This document shows, piece by piece, positions 43,933 to 53,391 of a DNA stretch of 64,000 nt. Position 1 is the first letter of the stretch; each line of letters begins with the position of its first letter. Origin of the DNA: Alphaproteobacteria bacterium (lineage in GTDB: Bacteria > Pseudomonadota > Alphaproteobacteria > UBA828); assembly GCA_965214705.1 (NCBI GenBank), contig OZ243972.1, positions 3,872,001-3,936,000 of the forward strand. The letters run 5' to 3'. The notes beneath the pieces were generated by a model. That model saw only the letters and a list, made by a program, of their open reading frames with translations, had not been told where the DNA came from and did not search any database. The translations under genes and the position numbers were made by a program.

Positions 43933-44646
43933 TCAGTACTTGTGGCAGCCGAGGCAGGTGAGCTGAGCGCGCTCTTCCGGTTTGTCGAGCTGCTGCTGCG
44001 CCATGAGCGCGTAGGGGGTCTCCGGCAGCTCGGTGATGATGCGGTTCAGATAAACCTCCGCCTCGTCGCGTCTCTCCAGCAGCCACAGGGCCTCGGCGAG
44101 CGCGCCCAGCAACTCGCCTTGGCTGTGTACGGTGAGAGAGTCGAATACGGGCGCGCGAATCTTGAGAACCTTGGTGTAGTCGCCGACCACCGTCTCCAGG
44201 AGCCCGATACGGGTCGGGGCGTGCGTGATATACGGAGCGGCAGAGAGGTAAACTGCCGCTCGCGGGATCAGCGTCTGCAGGCTGTTGGGCGCGAGCGCCA
44301 CGGCGCGGTCGAATTGGGCGACGCTCTTGTTGTAGAGCGCCATGCCCGCTTCCCGATCGCCCTGGGCAAAGGCGAAGCTTGACTCATAGAACCAGCCCGA
44401 CGCCTGCCAGACCAGGGCGCCCGGATGGTCCGGGTCGTCTGCGAGCGTCTCCTCGCACATCGCCATGCCGCGTTGCAGCGCGTCTTGGTTTCCGGCGAAG
44501 CCGGCGAAGAAGAGCTCCCGGACCTTTTCGTCGAAACGCTCCGGCTCTTGCGCTGCGACCGGGAGGGTGAGCACGAGCGCCGCAACTAGCGCGATGAGGC
44601 CGAGGACGAGGCTGTCCCGGCGCGCACGGTTCGCCATGATGTGCAT
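43933..44646 (-). CDS. Exported TPR-like helical protein with C-terminal CxxCH
   Basis: Signal peptide ending VAA-Q; TPR-like helices; ends CLGCHKY. Confidence 0.75.
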   Translation of the reverse strand: MHIMANRARRDSLVLGLIALVAALVLTLPVAAQEPERFDEKVRELFFAGFAGNQDALQRGMAMCEETLADDPDHPGALVWQASGWFYESSFAFAQGDREAGMALYNKSVAQFDRAVALAPNSLQTLIPRAAVYLSAAPYITHAPTRIGLLETVVGDYTKVLKIRAPVFDSLTVHSQGELLGALAEALWLLERRDEAEVYLNRIITELPETPYALMAQQQLDKPEERAQLTCLGCHKY

Positions 44647-44664
44647 GTCGTCTCTCCCCTTCGT

Positions 44665-44970
44665 TTATGCGCCGGCGCCCTCGCTCTCCAGAATGTCGCG
44701 CAGATAGGCCACGTGGCTCTGGAAGGCGCGCCGTCCCGGCGCGGTGATGCGGACGCGGGTTCGCGGCCGCTTGCCCGCAAAATCCTTCACGACGGTCACG
44801 TATCCGGTCTTCTCCAGCGTGGTGAGGTGCGACCCGAGATTGCCGTCGGTGGCGCCGGTGATTGCCTTGAGTCGGACGAACTCCAGCATCTCGCGGCGCG
44901 GCAAGGCGTTCAGCGCCGACATGATCTTGAGCCGCGTCGACTGGTGGACGATCTCATCGGGGGCGCTCAT
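44665..44970 (-). CDS. Winged-HTH transcriptional regulator (HTH_34/MarR-like)
   Basis: HQSTRLKIM, TDGNLGSHL..LE..GYV, KRPRT, GRRAF. Confidence 0.9.
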   Translation of the reverse strand: MSAPDEIVHQSTRLKIMSALNALPRREMLEFVRLKAITGATDGNLGSHLTTLEKTGYVTVVKDFAGKRPRTRVRITAPGRRAFQSHVAYLRDILESEGAGA

Positions 44971-45533
44971 CAGGCCCGCCGCATCCAGACGCCGCCGAGG
45001 ATGAGGGCGCCGCCGCCCGCAAGCGGAACGATCAAGTGCAGGTGCGCCGGCGCCAGGATGAACACTCCAACCGCGAGACCGCCCAGAGCGACGCCTACGA
45101 CTGCATAGCGGAGACCTATCCAGCACCCCGCGATGGCGTAGCCCGCCGCGACCAGCAGGGTGAAAAACATCAACACTTTGCCACCCGAGATCGGCGCGAA
45201 GATCATCAAAGTGAGCCCGATGAATGCCGCGAGCACGGCGGCCGACCCCAGGTAACGGAGGAGGCGCACGCGATCGCCCGGCTCGTTGCAGCGCCGCCCA
45301 TGTCTGACAATCAGGAAGGCGGTGCCTAGAAAGCCGGCGATATCGACCGCTCCCCAGACGATGCCCGGATTCGCGGTTGAGAGGGCACTGACGGCGCCGG
45401 CGACGATCCATAGCGCACCCCACAGAAACAGGTAGGGGCTCGCCACTCCGTACCCGAAGAGCGTCCGGCTGCGACGTTCCGTCGCCTCGACGTCGTGCAG
45501 CGCCGACGAGGCGTCATCCTTGCTTACGCTCAT
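44970..45533 (-). CDS. Hypothetical ~6-TM membrane protein
   Basis: Six hydrophobic segments; stop overlaps regulator start. Confidence 0.8.
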   Translation of the reverse strand: MSVSKDDASSALHDVEATERRSRTLFGYGVASPYLFLWGALWIVAGAVSALSTANPGIVWGAVDIAGFLGTAFLIVRHGRRCNEPGDRVRLLRYLGSAAVLAAFIGLTLMIFAPISGGKVLMFFTLLVAAGYAIAGCWIGLRYAVVGVALGGLAVGVFILAPAHLHLIVPLAGGGALILGGVWMRRA

Positions 45534-45620
45534 GGCGCGCTCCGCGTCTCCGCCTCTCTGCTGACGGGGAGTATAGCTGATTTCTCTCTACAACACAGAG
45601 TAATCTGTATGCCAAAACGG

Positions 45621-45649
45621 CTTGATTCAGGTCAACGCGCTTCCCACAT
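45621..45649 (+). promoter_or_regulatory. RpoH (sigma32)-type promoter
   Basis: CTTGA-N17-CCCACAT upstream of a small heat-shock gene. Confidence 0.7.
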
Positions 45650-45661
45650 TCAGGATTGAGA

Positions 45662-45765
45662 GGTAGCCAGCCGCGTAAGGGCTACCGCGATCGGCCGCTT
45701 CAGGGTGCGCGCCGCCACAGGGCGCACCCACCGACACTCGCTCGACGGAGGAGGGCAAGGCGATG
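45662..45765 (+). ncRNA. ROSE-type RNA thermometer in ibpA 5' UTR
   Basis: Hairpins 45662-45686 and 45703-45729; CUCGCUC pairs with the SD GAGGAG with a bulged G (45737-45753). Confidence 0.75.
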
Positions 45766-46191
45766 GCACGAGTTTCACCGTTCAGCAGCCCTCTTCTGCT
45801 CGGCTTCGACCGCCTGGAGGAAATGGTCGACCGGCTCTCTCGCTCCACGACCGACGGGTATCCCCCTTACAACGTGGTGCATCTGGGGGATGAGCGGCTG
45901 CGCATCAGCCTCGCCGTTGCCGGCTTCGACGAGGACGATCTCGACGTCACCGTCGAGCGCAACGAGCTGCACATCAGAGGACGGCAAGCGGAGGAGAACG
46001 GTGCCGTCTACCTGTATCAGGGCATCGCTGCGCGCCAGTTCCACCGCACGTTCCTGCTTGCGGACGGGATCGAGGTAACTGGCGCTTTACTCGACAGCGG
46101 ATTGCTTCACATCGAGCTGACTCGCCCCACCGCACCTGAGATCGTGAGGACCATCGCGATCAAAAGCGGCGATGGAGCAGGCAATGACTAA
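45763..46191 (+). CDS. ibpA: Small heat-shock protein (Hsp20)
   Basis: LGFDRL, YPPYN, LAVAGF, YQGIAARQF, GLLHIEL. Confidence 0.93.
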   Translation: MARVSPFSSPLLLGFDRLEEMVDRLSRSTTDGYPPYNVVHLGDERLRISLAVAGFDEDDLDVTVERNELHIRGRQAEENGAVYLYQGIAARQFHRTFLLADGIEVTGALLDSGLLHIELTRPTAPEIVRTIAIKSGDGAGND

Positions 46192-46265
46192 GGGAGGTGT
46201 GTCGTGTGTGAACGGCGCGGCAGGCGCTGCTGCGGCTTCCGTGTCCAGTCCAGAGGAGGACGGTC

Positions 46266-46481
46266 ATGAATGATGGTGATCGGGCGATTGCCGGCGAGCG
46301 GAGGGAGTACGTCCACTTCCTCACCGGCAACGAAGCGTACATCCAGGAAGTTGTGGTGGACGGCGCCGCCGTCTACGGCATCCATGCGCCGGACGGCCGT
46401 CTCCTTGGCGTCGCGCCGGACCGCGACCTCGCGTTCGCCGCGGCCCGTCAGCACCAGCTAGAGCCGCTCAGCGTCCACTAG
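46266..46481 (+). CDS. DUF1150 family protein
   Basis: IHAPDG..DRDLAFAAARQH.LEPLSVH; usual ibpA neighbour. Confidence 0.85.
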   Translation: MNDGDRAIAGERREYVHFLTGNEAYIQEVVVDGAAVYGIHAPDGRLLGVAPDRDLAFAAARQHQLEPLSVH

Positions 46482-47322
46482 GGCCTGTTCACACTAATTG
46501 TGCGAATCGTGTTACCATTCTGGGATGGAGATCACGGAAGCTCAATACGCGCGCCTTGCCCCGTACCTTCCGGTGCAACGCGGCAACGTCAGGCTGTCGA
46601 ACCTGCAGGTGCTGAACGCCATCCTCTACGTGGCCGAGCACGGCTGCAAGTGGCGCGGACTGCCGGCCCGCTTCGGCAACTGGCACACCATTTACATGCG
46701 TATGAACCGGTGGTCGAAGAACGGGGTGCTCGACCGGGTATTCGAGCAACTGCAGCGGGAGCAGATCGTGCGCATCAGGCTCGAGGCCGTGTCGCTGGAC
46801 AGCACCATCATCAAGGTCCATCCCGACGGGACGGGGGCGCTAAAAAAAACGGACCCCAGTCGATCGGCAGGTCACGAGGCGGCTGGACCACCAAGCTTCA
46901 TATGGTTGCCTCGGATGCCCGGACGGCCGTGACCTTCTCGCTCTCCCCCGGTCAGGCGCACGTCGCGCCGAAGGCGCGCGTATCCGCGCGACGCGCCGGA
47001 GGGGCGCAAACTGTTGCGCCGCCTCGGCCGCCAGCGCGCCAAGCCAGCGCTGGTGATGGATCGCGCCTACGAGGGCGACGAGACGCGCCAACTGGCGCTC
47101 GACCTCGGCTTCACACCCGTGGTTCCGCCGCTCAAGACCCGGCGTGACCCCTGGCTATACGACCGGGAGATGTACAAGCGGCGCAACGAGATCGAGCGCC
47201 TGTTCAGAAGACTGAAGGGCGTCCGGCGCATCTTCTCCCGCTTCGAGAAACTCGATGCCCTGTTCCTCGGCTTCGTCCACTTCACACTCATCTACGATGC
47301 CCTGCGTTAACGTGACAGGCTC
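46481..47322 (+). mobile_element. IS5 family, IS427 group element
   Basis: Imperfect IRs GGGCCTGTTCACACTAA / TTAACGTGACAGGCTC, TA on both flanks; orfA/orfB with A8 slip site 46842-46849. Confidence 0.88.
46525..47310 (+). pseudogene. IS427-type transposase with an additional 28-nt frameshifting insertion
   Basis: GCKWRGLP, LDST, GWTTKLH, MDRAY, ERLFRRLK spread over three frames. Confidence 0.82.
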
Positions 47323-47324
47323 TA

Positions 47325-47447
47325 GCAGGCTGCTGAAAAACCCTTTGGACCCGACCAATGATTCCCTTCTGTTCTGAATTCGATTCTCATTCGTTCCTGC
47401 GTTTCGTCAGAACATGTTGGAAATATCGGAGTTTTTCAGCAGCCTGC
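47325..47447. mobile_element. 123-bp MITE with IS5/IS1182-type ends
   Basis: Perfect 17-bp TIR GCAGGCTGCTGAAAAAC, TA (CTAG) on both sides, no transposase. Confidence 0.88.
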
Positions 47448-47501
47448 TAGAGCATTTTTCGATCTTATAGAATCTTTAGAATTTTCAATCGCTTGGAAAT
47501 G

Positions 47502-49167
47502 GTAACTGCCCAGGTCGCTTACTGAGGTGATTCCGGTGTTGGGGAGTTCTTGCCCGGTAGGCTCACGCGCACTTGACGGTGGCGATGAGTTGGTCCGATG
47601 GGCTGATCAGGGCTTCGATGATGTTCCAGCCCTGCTTTCTGGCGGTGGTGATCACGCTGCGCAGGATGGCGAAGTTCTCGGCCCCCTTTGCGGATCGGAA
47701 GCCGCCGGAGATCTTCTGGCGCAGCTTCATCATCCGCAGGTCGCGCTCGGCCTCGTTGTTGGTAAACGCCACTTCGGGGTCGGTCAGGAAGCGGAGAACC
47801 GCGCATTTTCGATCGCGCAGGCGCAGGGCGAGGTTGTGGCCGATCCGCCGCTTCTTGCGTCCCCGCTTTCCGGGCTTGGGAGGCGAGAGCGGCGGCTGGC
47901 TCTCGTGGAAGGCCAGCGCCTCGGCAATGATCTCGTCGTATCGGCGCTCGATCAGCGCCACAAGCGTCGCCGGAACGGCGATATCCTTGTCCTGCGCGAT
48001 CCGGGCGGCGCGATTGGCCCGGCGCAGGAGCTGCTGCATGCGTCCGGCCCAGCCTTCCCCTTCGATGTCCACCAGCGCCTGCAACTCCCGCAGGTGGTGG
48101 GCGTTGCACAAGCCGTGCTCCACCCCCTCCAACGTGAAGTACGGCTTCCAGTGATCGTGAACGACGATACCGGAAACACCCAAGAGCAGGTCGCCGCGCT
48201 TGGCGCTGACCCGGAATGCCGCCAGATGCGGCGTGCAGATCACATGGAGCCACTGCGTTTGCCCGCCAATCCGGAACCCGGTCTCGTCGAGGTGCTTCAC
48301 CCGCGCCGTGCCCGCCGCAAGCTCCTGTATGTGGGTGGCAACTCCCCGCAGCCGATCGGCCGCCCTCTCGCTCATCGCCGCCAGTGTCGCAGCCGTCACC
48401 GGCGCGCCGAACAGCTCCGCCATCACCTGCGACAGCCGGTCCTCCGGCAGGAAGTGGGCGTGCTGAAGGTAGACCGCCACGCCTGCAATGCGCGACCCGT
48501 ACTGCACCGGTGCCGACACCCCCTCGGGGAACGCTGCACGGGTCAGCGTGCCGCAATGCCCGCAGCACTTGGCATGCGCCCGGTGCTCGGTCACCTCCAG
48601 CGCACGCGCCTCGGGCAGGTCGAAGACCTGGCGGGCGTGCGACACCCCTGCCGTGGCCGCCGCCGACAGGGACGAACCGCATCCCTCGCAGGCAGCCGGA
48701 ACGTGGTTCTCCACCCGGTCCGGGTGATCCGTGCGGCGCAACGTCTCGCCCTTGTGGCCGGGCTGACCGCCCGGCTTGCGCCCCGATTTGCCCCGCTGGC
48801 TTTGGGTCCGCCGCTTGGCCCTCGGCTTCTTCAACCCATCGCTCGACGGCGGCTTGGCGCTGTTGCGACTGCTCAGTCCGAGACGGCGTTCCAACTCCTC
48901 GATACGCTCGACAAGACGCGTGTTTTGTTCCTCCAGCCGCGCATTCTGCTGCCGAAGCCAGGCGTTCTCCTCCTCCAGGCGAGCGATCTTCTGCTCGGAA
49001 CTTTCGGGCCGTGCCCCCGTTGAAGGGCCGCGCGGCGACTCGGGATTGCTCATGTCGTTGTTGAGTCATTTTCCGAAACTTCCGTCAACCCCCTCGTGTC
49101 AACTCCAAACTGGCCGTGCCTCAACCCCAAGGTTCAAAATGACAAATCAGACAACCTGGGCAGTTAC
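47502..49167 (-). mobile_element. IS66 family, single-ORF (ISBst12-like) element
   Basis: IR GTAACTGCCCAGGT; 8-bp TSD TGGAAATG at 47494-47501 and 49168-49175. Confidence 0.95.
47563..49053 (-). CDS. IS66 transposase TnpC
   Basis: Leucine zipper, NSAKPPSSD, CxxC Zn finger, LDETG, CNAHHLREL, TNNEAERDLR. Confidence 0.95.
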   Translation of the reverse strand: MSNPESPRGPSTGARPESSEQKIARLEEENAWLRQQNARLEEQNTRLVERIEELERRLGLSSRNSAKPPSSDGLKKPRAKRRTQSQRGKSGRKPGGQPGHKGETLRRTDHPDRVENHVPAACEGCGSSLSAAATAGVSHARQVFDLPEARALEVTEHRAHAKCCGHCGTLTRAAFPEGVSAPVQYGSRIAGVAVYLQHAHFLPEDRLSQVMAELFGAPVTAATLAAMSERAADRLRGVATHIQELAAGTARVKHLDETGFRIGGQTQWLHVICTPHLAAFRVSAKRGDLLLGVSGIVVHDHWKPYFTLEGVEHGLCNAHHLRELQALVDIEGEGWAGRMQQLLRRANRAARIAQDKDIAVPATLVALIERRYDEIIAEALAFHESQPPLSPPKPGKRGRKKRRIGHNLALRLRDRKCAVLRFLTDPEVAFTNNEAERDLRMMKLRQKISGGFRSAKGAENFAILRSVITTARKQGWNIIEALISPSDQLIATVKCA

Positions 49168-49386
49168 TGGAAATGTGATTCAAGATGCGGGCTGGTGAAG
49201 GAGGCCGGCCTGCATGACACGACCTCTTTCGAATGATCTGCGCCGCCGGGTGGTGACGGCGGTGGTCGATGGCGGCATGACCCGCCGGGGCGCGGCGAGA
49301 CGCTTCGGCATCGCGCCGTCGACGGCGATCAAGTGGGTCGATGCCTGGCGCCGCACGGGCAGCTATCGCCCCAGGGCGCAAGGAGG

Positions 49387-50739
49387 CATATGCGCTAACT
49401 TGTTTGCGGTTCTTCGATGAAGCGTTCCGCGGTTTGGGTCAGGCGCCGCCGGGACGGTTCGGAGAGGGATTTGGAGATCTGGTTCCATTGGTCGATCACC
49501 TCGGCGAGGGACAAATGGGGTTCGATGGCTCGCACGCCCTGGTTGAGCATGAACCTGAAGTCACGCCAGGCGCTGTGCGGCCCGCCTCCAGGCTGTATCC
49601 CCAGGGGGAAACCGTGCCGGCATGACGGATCAGCTTTTCCACCAGCAGCGCCACCAGGAGTTTGCCGTAGAGCCACGCCTTGGCGCTCTCGTCGTCGTAT
49701 TTGGGCAGATGCCCCAACTGCGCCAGAGACTTGAAGCGCTTGAAGACCAGTTCGACCTGCCAGCGGGTGCGATACCACTCCAGGACCTGCGCCGCGCTGA
49801 AGGCCGCTTCGGGAAAGGTCGTGAACACGATGACGTAGCGCGCGAACTCCAGGGTTCGCGGCCGAACCTGCTTGCCCTTGCGCCCGGCCTCCTTGCGCAG
49901 CTTGCGCTGCGCCAGCCTGATGGCTTCCTGCGTCTTTCTGATCGCGCACACGCGCCCCGGCACCGCGATGCCGTCGCCGACCGCCAGCACGGGCCAGGAT
50001 CGCACGCTGCCGACCCGCTTCAGCGTCGTGACGTGTGCAAGCAGGTCGAACGGCGCGCCGTCGCGCGTTCGAAGCGACAGCGACCCGGTGTTCACGCGCA
50101 CGGTGACGTGACCCCCCGCAGACACCACGTGGTGGAGGCCCGCAGCAGTCGAGTACGCCCGGTCGGCGAGCACAAAGTCGCCCTCGCCGACCGGGAACTG
50201 CGAGAACGCCTCGCCCGTGCCCCGTCCCTCGCTCGCCGTGAGCTTGAAGAAGTCGCACGCCAGCGACGGAAGGCGCACGCTGTAGTGCAGGCGCCACAGC
50301 GCCCCGGTCCGGCCCGGCTCCTTCACCGTCGTCGCGTCGAAGGCCCTGACCTGGAACCCGCCAGCGGCCGACATCGCCATCCCCTGTTCGCGAAACAGCG
50401 CGACGCACAACGCGTGAAGCCAATCCCCCGACTTCCTCAGCCGCTTCAACAAGGCCACGTCGGACAGATCGGCCAGGTTCGCCTTCCTCGCACGCACCAC
50501 GGTCTCGCGCAGCGAGTGTCCGCAGGCCAGATGCAGCAACAGCGTGCGCAGCAGGGCATCGACCGACTTGTCCTTGCGCAGACCCTTCAAGGCCCCGGTC
50601 TCCCGTGCCAACTCCCGCCAGCCCTCGGGCAGAAACGACGACACCACTTCCCACTCCTCGTCCATCCGCCAAGCCTCCCCGCAGCGCGCACCAACCCACA
50701 ATACGGAGTGCCGACATGACAAACAAGTTAGCTCTTATG
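49387..50739 (-). mobile_element. IS4 family element with IS186-like ends
   Basis: IRs CATATGCGCTAACTTGTTTG / rc CATAAGAGCTAACTTGTTTG; no TSD seen. Confidence 0.85.
49395..50665 (-). CDS. IS4 family DDE transposase (C-terminus in a shifted frame)
   Basis: FDAT, ADRAY, YRTRWQVELVFKRFKS (YREK); frame change near SPWGY at about 49600. Confidence 0.85.
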
Positions 50740-50808
50740 CCCCTGTCCCCCCGAAGGCGGAGGGGGAACGCAAGCGGCGCCGGCCAACTCTCCCTCTCCT
50801 CCCCTCGG

Positions 50809-51977
50809 GGATTCCTCTGCGAAAGGGGGTTTGCGGATTTCGTTGCATGTGATTCGTTGCAGCAACGATGTGGAGGTCGAGTCGATGAGCGGCACGGGTC
50901 AGCTGGGATTTGCGGAAGCGTTCATGTCTGCGGGGCTGGGTACGAACCGGAAGCTGGAACGGCTGGATGGGCTGATCGACTGGTCCCGGCTCGAGCGCCT
51001 GGCTGCGCGGGTGCGCGAAGGACGGCGGGGGCGCCCGCCCTATGCGCCGCTGTCGATGCTGAAGGCGCTCTATCTTCAGGCGCTTTACGACCTCTCGGAC
51101 CCCGGTCTGGAGGAGGCGCTGCTGGACCGGCTCTCGTTTCGTCGCTTCTGCGGCTTTGCGCTGGACGGGGGCACGCCGGACGAGACCACGATCTGCCGCT
51201 TCCGCGCAGATGCGGGCGCTGTCCTGGAGGCGGCGTTCGAGGAGATCAACCGCCAGCTGGATGCCGCCGGTCTGATCCTGCGCAAGGGCACGCTGATGGA
51301 CGCGACCTTGGTGGCCTCGGCCTCGCGGCCGCCGCCTTATGCGGCCGGTGCTGGCGCCAGGAGTGCGCGCGAGCCGGGCGCGGATTGGACGCGCAAGAAG
51401 GGCCGCGCGGTCTTCGGCTACAAGGCGCATCTCGGTGTGGACCAGGGCTCGGGGCTGATCCGTCGCCTGGTTCTGAGTTCAGCCAAGACTTACGAGAGCG
51501 AGGTTGCGGATCGTCTGGTCTGCGGCGACGAGGGGGCGGTCTACGGCGACCGCGCCTACGAGGGCAAGCCGAGACGGGCCAGGCTCAAGGCCGCCGGTAT
51601 CAAGGACCGCATCATGCACCGGCGCAACAAGCACATGGCCTCGCTGCCGCCCTGGCAGCAGCGCCGCAACGATCTCATTGCGAGGCGCCGGGCGCCGGTG
51701 GAAGCGGTCTTTTCGGCGCTGAAGCGCCTCTACGGGCTGAGGCGGGCGAAGAGCCTCACGCTTGAGAGGAACACCGCCCGCCTCTACGCCGCTGCCACCG
51801 CCTGCAACCTGCGCCGCGCCAGCCTGATTGCGGGCTGCTGACCGACCAGTGCGCCCGCAAACCGCCGTTTCAGACACAAGATCGTCCAACGATGGCGACA
51901 CACCCGCCTCCATCAACACCGCCCAGCGCCAAAAGCCTTCCCCAACACCCTGTCGAGCCCCTTTCGCAGAGGAATCC
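50809..51977 (+). mobile_element. IS5 family element
   Basis: Perfect 20-bp IR GGATTCCTCTGCGAAAGGGG; no TSD seen. Confidence 0.9.
50885..51841 (+). CDS. IS5 family transposase
   Basis: GRPPY, PDETTICRFR, MDAT, GYKAH, GDRAY, RAPVE. Confidence 0.93.
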   Translation: MSGTGQLGFAEAFMSAGLGTNRKLERLDGLIDWSRLERLAARVREGRRGRPPYAPLSMLKALYLQALYDLSDPGLEEALLDRLSFRRFCGFALDGGTPDETTICRFRADAGAVLEAAFEEINRQLDAAGLILRKGTLMDATLVASASRPPPYAAGAGARSAREPGADWTRKKGRAVFGYKAHLGVDQGSGLIRRLVLSSAKTYESEVADRLVCGDEGAVYGDRAYEGKPRRARLKAAGIKDRIMHRRNKHMASLPPWQQRRNDLIARRRAPVEAVFSALKRLYGLRRAKSLTLERNTARLYAAATACNLRRASLIAGC

Positions 51978-52105
51978 GAAGGGCGGAGAATGGACACCTC
52001 CCACCCCTGATGGTGTCGCTCGGGAGGGTGGACCCTCGCGGGCCGACGGCATCTAAGTGCCAGGGGAAGATACGGTGTCTTCCCGGGCAAACCGGAGGGT
52101 CCGAG

Positions 52106-53131
52106 ATGAAGCCTAGCAGAACGGTGGTCGGCGTGGATACGGCCAAGCGCGTCTTTCAGCTGTATTGGATGGAGATGGATACGGGCGAGGTCAAGGAACT
52201 GAGGCTGACGCGGGCGCGCTTCCTGGAGCGCTTCGCCAACCGCGCGCCCTGCGTGGTGGCGATGGAGGCGTGTGGCGGCGCGCAGCACTGGGCGCGGCGC
52301 CTGCACGCGCTCGGTCACGAGGTCCGTCTGCTGCCGGCGCAGGTGGTCCGGCCATTCGTGGCTGGCAACAAGAGCGACGCGCACGATGCGCGGGCGATCT
52401 GGACGGCGGCGCAGCAGCCGGGCATCAAGACGGTGGCGATCAAGAGCGAGGAGCAGCAGGCGATCCTGGCGCTGCACCGCATGCGCCAGCAGCTGGTGAA
52501 GTTCCGCACGGCGCAGAGCAACGGCCTGCGCGGGCTTCTGGCCGAGTACGGCGAGGTGATGGCGCGGGGCCGTGCGGGGCTGCGGCGTGGCATGCCCGGT
52601 GCGCTGGAGCGGCTCTCGGAGCGTCTGCCGGCGACGGTTATCGAGAGCTTGCGCGAGCAGTGGGCGCGACTGGATCGGCTGGATGAGGAGATCGATGAGG
52701 TCGAGCGTCGCCTTGCGCAGTGGCACAGGCACAACCCAGCCAGCCGGCGCATTGCCGAGATCCCCGGTGTCGGGTTAATCACGGCGACGGCAGCCGTCGC
52801 TGCGATAGGCGATCCGGTGTCGTTCCGGTCTGGCCGGGAGTTCGCGGCCTGGCTCGGCCTGGTGCCGCGCCACAGGGGCACCGGCGGGCGGGTGCGCACG
52901 CTCGGCATCTCCAAGCGGGGCGACCGCTACCTGCGTACCCTGCTTATCCATGGCGCCCGGACCGCGCTCAACAACAGCAAGGCGCCGCCTGAATGGGCGG
53001 TACGTCTGGCCGAGCGGCGGCCAGCGAACGTGGCCACGGTGGCGCTCGCCAACAAAATGGCGCGCACCATCTGGGCCCTGCAGGCCCATGAGCGGGACTA
53101 TCAGCCCAACTACGGCGCAAGACCGGCGTAG
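52106..53131 (+). CDS. IS110/IS1111 DEDD recombinase
   Basis: GVDTAK, AMEACG, KSDAHDA, IPGVG, AWLGLVP, ISKRGDRYLR, ALANK. Confidence 0.95.
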   Translation: MKPSRTVVGVDTAKRVFQLYWMEMDTGEVKELRLTRARFLERFANRAPCVVAMEACGGAQHWARRLHALGHEVRLLPAQVVRPFVAGNKSDAHDARAIWTAAQQPGIKTVAIKSEEQQAILALHRMRQQLVKFRTAQSNGLRGLLAEYGEVMARGRAGLRRGMPGALERLSERLPATVIESLREQWARLDRLDEEIDEVERRLAQWHRHNPASRRIAEIPGVGLITATAAVAAIGDPVSFRSGREFAAWLGLVPRHRGTGGRVRTLGISKRGDRYLRTLLIHGARTALNNSKAPPEWAVRLAERRPANVATVALANKMARTIWALQAHERDYQPNYGARPA

Positions 53132-53391
53132 GCGCGGCCGACGCGGGCAGAGACAAGGCCACACAGGAGGTAGCCGCAGACAGAGTGCGCAAGGCGCGAC
53201 AAGGTGTGATGGCACACAGGTCAGACCGCAATCCGCCAAACCTGACCCGGCCCTTGGGCGAAAAGCCCGTGCGGAGAGTGAGGCGCGGATCAGCAGATAC
53301 CATCGGGGCCAGCAGGACAAAACCCGCACCAACAGGCCGAATATAGAGCTGCACCCTGGCCGCCACTCACACCAAATCAACCCTTGCGTCC
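53132..53391 (+). ncRNA. Putative bridge RNA / seekRNA of the IS1111 element
   Basis: About 260-nt non-coding end with two stem-enclosed internal loops matching target and donor; RNA ends unknown. Confidence 0.75.

Larger units (their letters stand above)
47450..49386 (+). mobile_element. IS630 family element, interrupted by IS66 and truncated by IS4
   Basis: End GAGCATTTTTCGATC after TA; transposase N-terminus MTRPLSNDLRRRVV..TAIKWV..TGS at 49214-49386. Confidence 0.75.

Noticed and set aside
50800-51985. Target-site duplication for the IS5 element
   Set aside because: Flanks TCGG and GAAG do not match under any end assignment tried.
51983-51989. IS1111 left end placed 7 nt outside the IR (GCGGAGA as part of the IS)
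   Set aside because: Assigning these bases to the target restores the REP hairpin, explains the shared AGA core and the RNA guide match, and gives a TAGAAT -10 at the circle junction.
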